From: a bacterium
GTDB lineage: Bacteria; Desulfobacterota; DSWW01
DNA: 64,000 nt
Direction: 5' to 3'
Assembly: GCA_040756235.1 (NCBI GenBank)
Contig: JBFLZG010000084.1
Span: 1-64,000, forward strand
Part shown: one piece after another, positions 8,606 to 17,829 of the stretch
Numbering within the stretch: position 1 is the first letter of the stretch
Layout: every line of letters begins with the position of its first letter
Program-made: the position numbers and the translations under genes
Notes under the pieces: generated by a model
Database searches by the model: none
The model's input: the letters and a program-made list of their open reading frames with translations, nothing else
Told to the model about the DNA's origin: nothing

Positions 8606-11600
8606 GTGGCATCCGGAAACCACGGGTTCACGCCGGCACAGTGGAAATTCATGGCCGCGCTGGAAGCGTGCGGTGAAGCGGTGCCCCTCACCACGGCCAG
8701 GAACATGGCCCCTTTGCGGCCCGAATCACTCGAGGACCTCGTCAGGCGATGCGCTCGGCTGGGCTGGATCGTAAGGAGCGAGGACAACAGGATCGGACTG
8801 TCCCGGGACCTTCCGGAAGCGGTCCGGTATGACCTCAAGCTCGTCAATACCCCTGAGCACGTGGCCGGCCTGATCGACCGGATGCGCGCGTCTGCGCTCA
8901 CCGAGAGCCTGAGCCGCAGCGCGATGATCAAGCTGCTGACCGATGCAGGCAAATCGAGCGAGGCGGCGGACATCGAAATCGATCTGGCGCACGAGTCCCT
9001 CAGGCAGCGTGACCACGATCAGGCCTACCAGCACCTCAGCCGGGCCGTGGGCATGCTGCACAGCTACATCATGGGAGGCGGAGGAGAGCGAGACCGGGTG
9101 TTCGTGGAAGCGGCCCTCGAGCTGTCCAGCGTCTCGTTCGCCGTAGGAAGAGGGATGCAGGTGCTGGCCTCCTACCTGCGGACCGCCGTGACCCTGGCAA
9201 AGGCCTCGGGCAACGTGAGATCCCACGCCCTGGCGTGCCTCCACCTGGGCCGCTTGCTGGCCTACCTCGACCGGCGCTCCGAAGCCCTCACCATGCTGGT
9301 CGCCGGCAAGGAAGAGGTGGAACGCCTGGGCGATACCGACATCCTCAGGGCCGCCGCCGAGTTTCTCGGACTCTATTGCATGATGCAGGGCCGCTTCGCC
9401 GAGGCGTTGGGCCATTTCGAGACGGCGGAAGAGCATCTCACGAAGGAGGGGGACCGCCTGCTCGTCTATCCGATGATCCTCTGGAGCATGGGAATCAACC
9501 TGTTCGCGACCGGCCAGGTGCCGCGCGCCCTCGGGTTCTTCCAGGGCTATTGGCGTTCCGCAAAGGAAATGGGCCTGCCGGCGGTCGCCTCCATTGCCAG
9601 GTCCATCCTCGGCTTCTCGCTGGCCGTGGCGCGCAAGAGGCGGGAGGCCCTGTTCCATCTGAACGCCTCGCTCGAAGAGGCCCGCGAGCACCGATACGCC
9701 TATTCGCTCTTCATCGCCAGGGCCGGGCTCGCGATCCAATCGTTCCATGACGGCGATCTGAGCAGGTCCTTCGAGCTGCTGCGATCGGCCGTTCTGGAAG
9801 GACAGAAGGCCACCTCCGCTCTCGTCCTGTTGAACCTTTACCTCCTCGATCTGCTGGCCGCTCTGCAGGACCATGGCTTTCCGCCCGTGACCGAAGGCTG
9901 GGCGTACCAAGAACAGTCGGAGCTGTGCCTGAAGGATCCCAGCCTCCCCCGGCGGGGCATTGCCCTGCGGCTGAGGGCCGAGGACAAGCTGCGTTCCGCA
10001 GAGAGCGCCCGCCGGGTGATGAAGGACCTCAGCGCGAGCCGGGACTGTCTGCAGCGCGCCGGCGCCGCCTTTGCCTTGAACGACACCCTGATCACGATGG
10101 CACGCCTCAAGCTCCGTGAAGGCGAGCGCGAGGAGGCACGCGCCCTGGTTCAAAATGTCTGGGAACAAATACGCGGGATGGGGCTCGATCCGGAGTACTT
10201 GCCCGATGATCTCCGCGTGCTGCTCGAGGACGAGGGCGCAGGGCGCACGGAGCAGGATACGGCCCGGATCCTCGCGGACCAGTACTTCGACTTCCTGCAG
10301 GGGCTCGATGCCGCCGCGGATGAAGAAGAGCTCTTCCATCGAGCGGTGCGTCGATTGAGCCAGATCCTGGGCGCCGAGCGGGGCGCCCTGTTCTGGGCTC
10401 CCGGGAGGGCAGGTCCAAGAGATCTGGAGCTGAGGGCCGGCTACAACTTCACCAGGCGGGAAATGGACTCGGAAGCCTTCCGGCCGAGCCTGGCTCTGGT
10501 CCGGAGAGCCTTCGAGCAGAATCAATTCATCCGCACCCGACCGGAGCCTTCTCGGGGCTCATCCGTCGATGAGGAGATCAAGGGGCTTCTCTGCATCCCG
10601 ATTCAGGTCGGGGCCGAAGTCCTGGGGGTCTTGTACTACGATCATTCCTACGTGAGCGTGCATTTCGACATCCTGCCCCCGGCATGGGCACCGCTCCTGG
10701 TCCGCCACACGATCCGCTACATCGGCCATCTCGGCAGACTCATTCAACTGCGCGAGGAAACGAGCCGGCTGGCCGCCGACAAGTCGATCCAGCTCGAACG
10801 TCTCGGCGCCGACCCGATCCTGGCGCAGTCGCCGGTCATGTTGAAAGTGCTCGATCAGGCGGACAAGGCCGCCCGGTCGGAAGCCACCCTCCTGGTCACG
10901 GGCGAGACCGGCACGGGCAAGGAGCTGCTCGTCCGAAGAATCCACAAGCAGAGCCCACGGTGCGCCGGACCCTTGATCGTCGTGGACGCCACGACCATGC
11001 CGGAGAGCCTGGTGGAAAGTGAGCTCTTCGGTCATGAGAAGGGAGCCTATACGGGTGCGGACAGCAGAAAAAGGGGCCGCATCGAGCTGGCCCACGAAGG
11101 GACCCTCTTCATCGATGAGGTGGGCGAGCTGCCCCTGCAGGTGCAGGCCAAGCTCCTGCGGGCTCTCGAGGGCAAGACTTTCTATCGGGTCGGAGGCACG
11201 CAACCGGTGAAGTCCGACTTCCGCCTCGTGGCCGCGTCCAACCGGAATCTCTCCGAGGAAGTGGCGGCCGGGCGCTTTCGTCAGGATCTTCTCTACCGGC
11301 TCGATGTGATTCGTATCGTTCTGCCGCCCTTGCGCGATCGCGGGGATGACATCATCCTGCTGGCGCGCAGTTTCTTTCGCCACTACTGCAACAAGTATGG
11401 GCGCAAGAGGCTCGAGCTCACCCGCTCCCATGAAGAGCAGCTGAGCGCGTACCCCTGGCTGGGCAACGTGCGAGAATTGAAGAACATCATCGAACGGGCG
11501 GTCACCTTGTCCGGCGGGGACACGCTCATACTGGATCTCCCTCCGGGGCAGAGACCTGCCGGTGAAAACAGCTTTGCAGACAACCCGACCCTGGAGGAGC

Positions 11601-11743
11601 TCCAGAGCCGCTACATCCGCTACGTGTTGAAAAAGACCGGCGGGCGCATCTATGGACCGACCGGCGCCGCCGCGATCCTGGGCATGAAGAGATCGACCTT
11701 GTATACCCGGATGTACAAGCTCGGGATCAAGGACAACCCCTGA
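8606..11743 (+). CDS. Sigma-54-dependent enhancer-binding protein with helical-repeat N-region, GAF domain, AAA+ domain and HTH
   Basis: GETGTGKE Walker A, ESELFGHEKGAYTGA, LFIDEVGEL, FRQDLLYRL, WLGNVRELKN, Fis-type HTH; GTG start after AGGAGG. Confidence 0.93.
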   Translation: MASGNHGFTPAQWKFMAALEACGEAVPLTTARNMAPLRPESLEDLVRRCARLGWIVRSEDNRIGLSRDLPEAVRYDLKLVNTPEHVAGLIDRMRASALTESLSRSAMIKLLTDAGKSSEAADIEIDLAHESLRQRDHDQAYQHLSRAVGMLHSYIMGGGGERDRVFVEAALELSSVSFAVGRGMQVLASYLRTAVTLAKASGNVRSHALACLHLGRLLAYLDRRSEALTMLVAGKEEVERLGDTDILRAAAEFLGLYCMMQGRFAEALGHFETAEEHLTKEGDRLLVYPMILWSMGINLFATGQVPRALGFFQGYWRSAKEMGLPAVASIARSILGFSLAVARKRREALFHLNASLEEAREHRYAYSLFIARAGLAIQSFHDGDLSRSFELLRSAVLEGQKATSALVLLNLYLLDLLAALQDHGFPPVTEGWAYQEQSELCLKDPSLPRRGIALRLRAEDKLRSAESARRVMKDLSASRDCLQRAGAAFALNDTLITMARLKLREGEREEARALVQNVWEQIRGMGLDPEYLPDDLRVLLEDEGAGRTEQDTARILADQYFDFLQGLDAAADEEELFHRAVRRLSQILGAERGALFWAPGRAGPRDLELRAGYNFTRREMDSEAFRPSLALVRRAFEQNQFIRTRPEPSRGSSVDEEIKGLLCIPIQVGAEVLGVLYYDHSYVSVHFDILPPAWAPLLVRHTIRYIGHLGRLIQLREETSRLAADKSIQLERLGADPILAQSPVMLKVLDQADKAARSEATLLVTGETGTGKELLVRRIHKQSPRCAGPLIVVDATTMPESLVESELFGHEKGAYTGADSRKRGRIELAHEGTLFIDEVGELPLQVQAKLLRALEGKTFYRVGGTQPVKSDFRLVAASNRNLSEEVAAGRFRQDLLYRLDVIRIVLPPLRDRGDDIILLARSFFRHYCNKYGRKRLELTRSHEEQLSAYPWLGNVRELKNIIERAVTLSGGDTLILDLPPGQRPAGENSFADNPTLEELQSRYIRYVLKKTGGRIYGPTGAAAILGMKRSTLYTRMYKLGIKDNP

Positions 11744-11763
11744 ATGTGGGCAGATTCGATCGA

Positions 11764-11799
11764 GCTGGTAGGGGCGTATGGCCATACGCCCCTACCAGC
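11764..11799. repeat. Perfect 36-bp GTAG-type REP palindrome
   Basis: GCTGGTAGGGGCGTATGG|CCATACGCCCCTACCAGC is self-complementary. Confidence 0.8.
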
Positions 11800-11841
11800 G
11801 TCACTCGCTCGCGAAATTCGGACTGAAAGAAGGGGGACTCG

Positions 11842-12618
11842 GTGACTGAGAAGAGCACGTGGGAAGCGTTCTTCGACGCGCATGCACCGATCTATGAGGA
11901 CAACGTATTCACCAAGAATACCGGCCCCGAGGTGGATTTCCTGCTCGAGGAGCTGGCGCTGCCGCCGGGCGGCTCGATTCTGGACGTCGGATGCGGGACC
12001 GGACGCCACTCCATCGAGCTGGCCCTGCGCGGCTATGCCGTCACCGGGATCGACTTGTCTGCGGGCATGCTGGCCGCGGCCGCGGAAGCAGCCAAGGCCG
12101 CCGGCGTGAAGGTCGACTGGGTCCGTGCGGATGCCACCCGTTTCTCGCTCCCCGGGAGATACGATGGTGCGGTCTGCCTGTGCGAAGGAGCTTTCGGGCT
12201 TCTGGGCCGGGGGGATGATCCGATCGGCCAGCCGCTCGCCATCCTGTGCAACATCTCTCGAGGCCTGAAGCCGGGGGCAAAGGCGCTCCTCACCGTGCTG
12301 AACGGAGCGGCCATGCTGCGCAAGCACACGAATGAGGACGTAGCGGAGGGACGCTTCGACCCGCTGGCCATGGTCGAGTCGTCAGCACACCCGCCGCGTG
12401 AAGGACTGCCTGCCGTTGCCGTTCGAGAACGGGCTTTCGTCCCGACGGAGCTCATGCTGCTCTTCCGCCTCGCGGGCCTGTCGGTGCTCAGCCTGTGGGG
12501 CGGAACCGCAGGCAACTGGGGGAGGAGGGCCCTCGATCTGGACGAGATCGAGATCATGATCGTGGCCCGCAAAATCGCCGAGCCATCGGCCCTGAGCGAT
12601 GCCTGGCAGCGCGCCTGA
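11842..12618 (+). CDS. Class I SAM-dependent methyltransferase
   Basis: ILDVGCGTGRH motif I, GIDLS, ADA. Confidence 0.9.
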   Translation: MTEKSTWEAFFDAHAPIYEDNVFTKNTGPEVDFLLEELALPPGGSILDVGCGTGRHSIELALRGYAVTGIDLSAGMLAAAAEAAKAAGVKVDWVRADATRFSLPGRYDGAVCLCEGAFGLLGRGDDPIGQPLAILCNISRGLKPGAKALLTVLNGAAMLRKHTNEDVAEGRFDPLAMVESSAHPPREGLPAVAVRERAFVPTELMLLFRLAGLSVLSLWGGTAGNWGRRALDLDEIEIMIVARKIAEPSALSDAWQRA

Positions 12619-12813
12619 GCCGCGCCCTCGCCCGCTTCGTCCTTGCTTTCGGAGCAGCACGGGTCTCCGGCAGGGTTGCCCGGCAGTACCCTTTACCGAA
12701 AAAGCTGCGTCTCATAATTGATGTCGGTTCATGTCATGCCGAGCTCGCCTTGGAGGGCAGCCGGCGCTGCCGGCACCGGGAAGCAGGGGATCAAAGGCCG
12801 CAAAGGAGATGAG

Positions 12814-13689
12814 TTGCCGGTCCGTTGCAGGGACGCGCTGAGGATCGACTACATCGACGAGGGTGCGGGCGAGTGCGTCATCCTGATCCACAGCTCGGTG
12901 AGCGGCAACCGCCAGTGGCGAGATCTCGTCGATGCGCTGAAGGACGGCTACCGCGTCCTTGCGGTCAACCTGTTCGGGTACGGCGCTACGACTCCCTGGC
13001 CGAATACTTCCCCGCAGTCGCTCTACGCCCAGTCTCAGCTCGTGCTCGCCCTGTGCGAGGACCTTGAAAGTCCCATCCACCTGGTAGGCCATTCCTTCGG
13101 CGCATCCGTCGCCATGAAGGCCGCGTCGCTCCTCGGCCGACGAGTCGGCAAGCTCGTGCTGCTCGAGCCCAACCCGTTCTATCTGCTCAGGCAGCACGGC
13201 TGCACGGAGGCGTTCCTGGAAGCGCGCGCGCTGCGAGATCATGTGAAGTGCTTTGGTTCCCTGGGCGACTGGCTGTCAGTCGCCGAGAGGTTCGCGGATT
13301 ACTGGCTGGGCGATGGGGCGTGGGCGGCCATGCCGGAAAGGAGGCGGCAGGCATTCGTTGCCGCGCTGCCGCCGAACTTCCACGAGTGGGAGGCCGTGAT
13401 GAACGAGGAGACGCCCGCTTCCGCATGGGGCCGTATGCCGGCCAGGGCCCTGGTTCTCAGCGCGGTCGACACGCGACGTCCCATCCGCGAGATCGTCGAG
13501 ATCCTTTCCCGTTCGTGTCCGGATTGGCGCTTCGAACTGCTGTCGGAAGGCGGTCACATGGCACCCCTCACGCGGCCGGACTTGGTCGACCCGATCGTGA
13601 AGCACTTTCTCGATGCCGGCGAGCCGGAAACAGGCGTACGGCGACGGCGCGGCACAACCATCGGGTGGGGCGAACCTCTGGCCCCATAG
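12814..13689 (+). CDS. Alpha/beta fold hydrolase
   Basis: GHSFG nucleophile elbow, GGHMAP catalytic His; TTG start after AAGGAG (start uncertain). Confidence 0.87.
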   Translation: MPVRCRDALRIDYIDEGAGECVILIHSSVSGNRQWRDLVDALKDGYRVLAVNLFGYGATTPWPNTSPQSLYAQSQLVLALCEDLESPIHLVGHSFGASVAMKAASLLGRRVGKLVLLEPNPFYLLRQHGCTEAFLEARALRDHVKCFGSLGDWLSVAERFADYWLGDGAWAAMPERRRQAFVAALPPNFHEWEAVMNEETPASAWGRMPARALVLSAVDTRRPIREIVEILSRSCPDWRFELLSEGGHMAPLTRPDLVDPIVKHFLDAGEPETGVRRRRGTTIGWGEPLAP

Positions 13690-13820
13690 AGATCAAGACC
13701 AGGGGGAACGAAGCGCTGCATTGGACGGGGATTCCGGTGCCCCGCATGCCTGCCCGCCTGTCACGTTCCTGTGCGCAGGGGGAAAATGTCGAGTCGTCCG
13801 CGAGCTTTGAGGTGTGTGGT

Positions 13821-15386
13821 ATGGATGTGACCCTCGGCCTGGTGGGCGTGGTCATCCTGCTCTCCGCGCTGCTCTCCCGGGCCATGGAGCGGGGGCCTTT
13901 CTCCAGCGCCATCCTGTTCGTCGGCATCGGCCTGGCCCTGGGTGCCGCCGGCGTGCTGCGGCTGGCGGTCGATGCCGAGCCGATCGTCATGATCGGCATG
14001 ATCACCCTGACCCTGACCCTGTTCACCGACGCGATCAAGATGCAGACCGAGCAGCTCAAGCAGGACTGGCCGGCGTCGATCGTGGTGCTCGGACCGGGCA
14101 CGATCCTGACCGCCCTGGCGATCGCCGCCGCGGCGCGCGGGCTCCTCGGCATGGACACGGTCCCGGCCCTGCTCCTCGGGGCCGTGCTGGCCTCGACCGA
14201 CCCGGTTCTGCTGCGCGACGTCCTGCGCGATGCGAGGACGCCGCGCGCGGTCCGGCAGATCCTCTCGGTCGAGTCCGGGATGAACGACGCCGTGGCGTTG
14301 CCGGCCATCCTGATTCTCACGGCCCTGGCCGGCGCGAAGCTCACCTCGGCTCTGGACTGGGTCGGATTCGCCCTCCCCGTGTTCGTGCTCAGCCCGCTCA
14401 TCGGATTCTTGGTGGCCTGGGGGGCGATCCACGCCATGGCCGGGGTCGACCGCCGCATCGGCGTGCGCCGTGACTACCAGTCCCTCTACTCGCTCGGCGT
14501 CGCTTTCGTCGCCTTTGCCGCGGCCGACCTGCTGCACGGGAGCGGACTGGTGGCCGCGTTCGTCGCCGGGCTCACCATCGCGGTGAGCGACCTCGATCTG
14601 TGCGAGTGCTTCCTGGAGTACGGCGAGACCACGGCAGAGCTGATGATGCTCCTGACCCTCGTGGTCTTCGGGTCGTCGCTGGTCTGGCCGGCGCTGGCCG
14701 CGTTCGACTGGCGGGTCGCCGCGTTCGCGGCCGTGGTCCTGTTTGTTTGCCGGCCGGCGGTGCTCCTGCTCGTGCTCGGCCGGTTCCGCATTCCGCTGCG
14801 GGACAAGCTCTTTGCCGCATGGCACGGACCCCGCGGGCTGAACTCGATCCTGCTCGCGCTCCTGGTGCTGGTCTCCGGCGCACCGGGCGCCGAGCAGGTC
14901 TTCGCCGTGACCGGGATCGTGGTGCTGGCGTCCGTGGTGCTCCACGGGGTATCGGGGACGCCGCTGGTCGTCTGGGCCGCACGTGCTCCGGGGGCCGAGC
15001 TGGTTGCCGCACCCGAGCCCGCGGCGATCCCCAGAATCGGCGCGGCCGAGCTCGCCGCCAGGCTCGAGCACGGGGACCCGGTGCTGGTCGTCGACGTCCG
15101 CAAGCCCGGCGACGTCGACCGGGATCCGCGCCGCATCCCCACGGCCGTGCACATTCCCCCCGACGAGGCGGCCGCGCGGATCGCAGGCCAGGCGCCGCAG
15201 GTTCCCGTTGTGCTCTACTGCGCCTGAACCCATGAGGCCACCAGCGCCCGTGTGGCGCTCGAGCTGATCCGCAAGGGTGTGCGCGGCGTTCAGGTGCTCG
15301 AGGGCGGCTGGCAGGCCTGGCTCGATGCCGTCCCATTCGCCGGCCTTCCGGACCTGCAGCAGGACAAAGCGGCGCTCAGGAAGTGA
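13821..15386 (+). CDS. NhaP-type cation:proton antiporter fused to a rhodanese domain; probable selenoprotein (UGA 15225-15227 read as Sec)
   Basis: CPA1 motifs LASTDPV, ESGMNDA, GPRGL; rhodanese VVDVR...VVLYCA-UGA-THEATSARVA...VLEGGWQAW continues in frame to the TGA at 15384-15386. Confidence 0.85.
15243..15259 (+). promoter_or_regulatory. Candidate bacterial SECIS hairpin
   Basis: AGCGCC-CGTGT-GGCGCT stem-loop; loop starts 21 nt after the UGA and has G at loop position 2. Confidence 0.6.
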
Positions 15387-15476
15387 CAGGGCGGAGTGAG
15401 TCGCGCCTGCCGGGGCTTGCGCTTCTCCTCGATTCCCGGCATGTTCGTAGCCCGTACCACACCGCGGAGTGCATCC

Positions 15477-16778
15477 ATGAGAGTCGTGCGGACGGTTTGT
15501 CCCTGTATCTGGGTGATCGGCCTCGTCCTCGCGGCGTGCCACGCGGCACGCGCCGATGTCTCTCCGGGGGACGTGATCGACAGGACGAGCTGGGAGAAGG
15601 CCCAGGGGCTCCTTCCGGAGCCGGTCCTCGAGTGGGTGAAGAAAGGCGATTTCATTCTCAACATCGATGAGCCCAAGTTCGAGCTCGCGGACTGCTTCCC
15701 GCCCTTCCAGATCCAAGCGTTCAGGACCAACGCCGGCAAGTACGAGCTGGACGACGACGGCGGCATCGTCGAAGCGAAGAGCGGAAGACCGGCGGACCAC
15801 GTGGTCGGGCTGCCCTTCCCGAAGATCGCGGACGACGATCCGAGACTGGCCGAAAAAATCATGCAGAACAACCACTACATGCAGTACCTGGTGGGAAATC
15901 TGCGGTGCTCTTATCACTATCTCACGCTGGAGCGTTCCGGTTTCGTGCAGGAGGCGGGCCTGGTCGCGATGCAGATGCCGATGGTCGGATACCCGGGAGC
16001 GGTGGCAATCCCGAACCCGCAGCGCATGGAGAAATACGGGCTGTCGGTGCTGAAGACGCCTTTCGACGTGGCCGGCGCAGCGGGGATGGTCTGGCGCTAC
16101 CTGGATCCGAACACGCAGGACGTCAACTTCGGCTATCTTCCTGCGATCCGCCGGGTGCGGCGCGTGAGCGCCGGCAACCGATCGGACAGCATCTGGGGAT
16201 CGGTCCTGTCTGCGGACGATGGCAACGGCTACGACGGCAAGGTCACGGCCTTTACCTGGAAGCTCCTCAGAAAGCAAGAGGCCATTTTGCCGATCCTGGA
16301 CGTGAACCCGGTGCGGATCGTCCGGAACCAGCGCGGAGAGTGGGAGACGACCGGGAGCATCAAGCCCGTGATTTACGGTTATGATAAGGAAGGCTGGCCC
16401 GGGGCCGCATGGGCGCCGACGAACCTCTGCTGGATCAAGCGGCCGGTGTACGTCCTGGAGATGAAGGCCAAGGACCGCTACTACAACTATGGCACCCAGT
16501 ACCTGTGGGTTGAAGCGCAGACCTACGGATGTTCCTACAAGGTGATCCACGACAGGGCCGGGGACTACTGGAAAACGCTGTTCATCTCCGGGGCGCCATG
16601 CCACAGCGACGACAAGAGCATGCGGTTCCTGACCCTCACTTCCCAACAGATGATCGACGACCGCACCGACCAATCGGGCGTGATCGAGGATTGCAGCCCG
16701 CGCAACATATGGGTCTTCTTTGCCGAGATGGACGCCAACGACTTCTCCCTGGCCGGGTTCCAGAAGCTGTGCAAGTAG
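15477..16778 (+). CDS. DUF1329-like exported protein
   Basis: Signal peptide ending ARA-D; GLPFP, YLPAIRRVRR, YD/HD.AG..WK motifs typical of DUF1329. Confidence 0.75.
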   Translation: MRVVRTVCPCIWVIGLVLAACHAARADVSPGDVIDRTSWEKAQGLLPEPVLEWVKKGDFILNIDEPKFELADCFPPFQIQAFRTNAGKYELDDDGGIVEAKSGRPADHVVGLPFPKIADDDPRLAEKIMQNNHYMQYLVGNLRCSYHYLTLERSGFVQEAGLVAMQMPMVGYPGAVAIPNPQRMEKYGLSVLKTPFDVAGAAGMVWRYLDPNTQDVNFGYLPAIRRVRRVSAGNRSDSIWGSVLSADDGNGYDGKVTAFTWKLLRKQEAILPILDVNPVRIVRNQRGEWETTGSIKPVIYGYDKEGWPGAAWAPTNLCWIKRPVYVLEMKAKDRYYNYGTQYLWVEAQTYGCSYKVIHDRAGDYWKTLFISGAPCHSDDKSMRFLTLTSQQMIDDRTDQSGVIEDCSPRNIWVFFAEMDANDFSLAGFQKLCK

Positions 16779-16790
16779 GGGCTACCCCGA

Positions 16791-17052
16791 GTGGCCCGCG
16801 CGCGCCACGTCGCCCTGGCAGACACGGTCGTGGCCGATACCATGGCCTTCATTGACTCCCTGCCCCCGGGCGCGACCACATCGCTGCAACGGGATATCGC
16901 CGAATCCAGACCGTCCGAGCTGGAAGCCTGGAACGGGGCAGTGGTACGCATGGCTCGAGAGCACGGTACCCCCGACTCCGACCCAGGAGCTCGTCTACGG
17001 CAGCCTCCTGCCGCTCGAGCTCCGCGCCCGCGGTCGAGTTGCGTTTCCTTGA
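16791..17052 (+). pseudogene. panE: Frameshifted C-terminal remnant of ketopantoate reductase
   Basis: TTSLQRDIAESRPSELEAWNGAVVRMA in one frame, continuing TPTQELVYGSLLPLELRARG in another after a C-run near 16970; N-terminal domain absent. Confidence 0.7.
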
Positions 17053-17152
17053 ATGATCGTTGGCCGCGTCCCGGCGCCCAAGGCTCCGTCGAGCTCCGTG
17101 CCGGGGCAGACTGCTGACTCGCATTCGATCGCCGCAGATAGGAGGGCCATTC

Positions 17153-17680
17153 ATGGAGCTGAATCAACGCCGGTGGGGTCGCATTCGTGATTGGTTTCAG
17201 AACGCCTGTCACGGTTCTGCGGGCAGGGGCATGAAGTACGTCTCGATCGCCACGGTGAACGAGGACGGTTCGCCCCACGTGACGCCGGTCGGCTCGCTCG
17301 TGCTCGCCGACGACAGGCAAGCGCTCTACTTCGAGGAATTCTCCCGCCACATGGCGGGGAATCTCCGGCGCAACCAGCAGGTGTGCGTCCAGGTGGTGAA
17401 CGACGGCTACGGGTTCTGGCTGAAGTCGCTCGTGCTCGGCAGGTTCACGGCTCCGGTAGGGGTGCGGCTCATGGGGACCGCGGGCGAGAGACGCAAAGCG
17501 ACTGCAGAGGAAATCAAGAGGTTCCACGGGATGATCGGTCCGCTCAAGTGGTTCAAGGGATGTCGGATGACGTGGAGCAAGATGAATCACGTGAGGGAGC
17601 TTCATTTTCATGCCTTCGAGCCGATCGAGACGGGCGCCTGGGCTCAGGAGCAGCTGCAGGAGCTGACTGAACGCCCATAG
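17153..17680 (+). CDS. Pyridoxamine 5'-phosphate oxidase-like (split-barrel FMN-binding) protein
   Basis: SIATVNEDGSPHVTPVGSL...NLRRNQQVCV; GGAGG RBS. Confidence 0.85.
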   Translation: MELNQRRWGRIRDWFQNACHGSAGRGMKYVSIATVNEDGSPHVTPVGSLVLADDRQALYFEEFSRHMAGNLRRNQQVCVQVVNDGYGFWLKSLVLGRFTAPVGVRLMGTAGERRKATAEEIKRFHGMIGPLKWFKGCRMTWSKMNHVRELHFHAFEPIETGAWAQEQLQELTERP

Positions 17681-17829
17681 TCCGCGGGCTCAGCTCCAGG
17701 CGCGCTGGCGGTGCTCCGAGATGAAGCAGGCCATCCCCTGCAAGAGGGATGGCCTGCCTTTCCATCAGCAGCATCGGCCGAGGATCGGGAACCCTCCTTG
17801 CGCTTGTCGCAGGAGGGCTCCCGGGGCCG

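Noticed and set aside
13248..15227. Antiporter ORF as given by the track (start 13248, stop 15227)
   Set aside because: The first ~190 codons overlap the hydrolase gene and look non-coding; the stop falls inside a rhodanese domain that continues in frame
13761..16673. 970-aa minus-strand ORF
   Set aside because: Shadow of the antiporter and DUF1329-like genes
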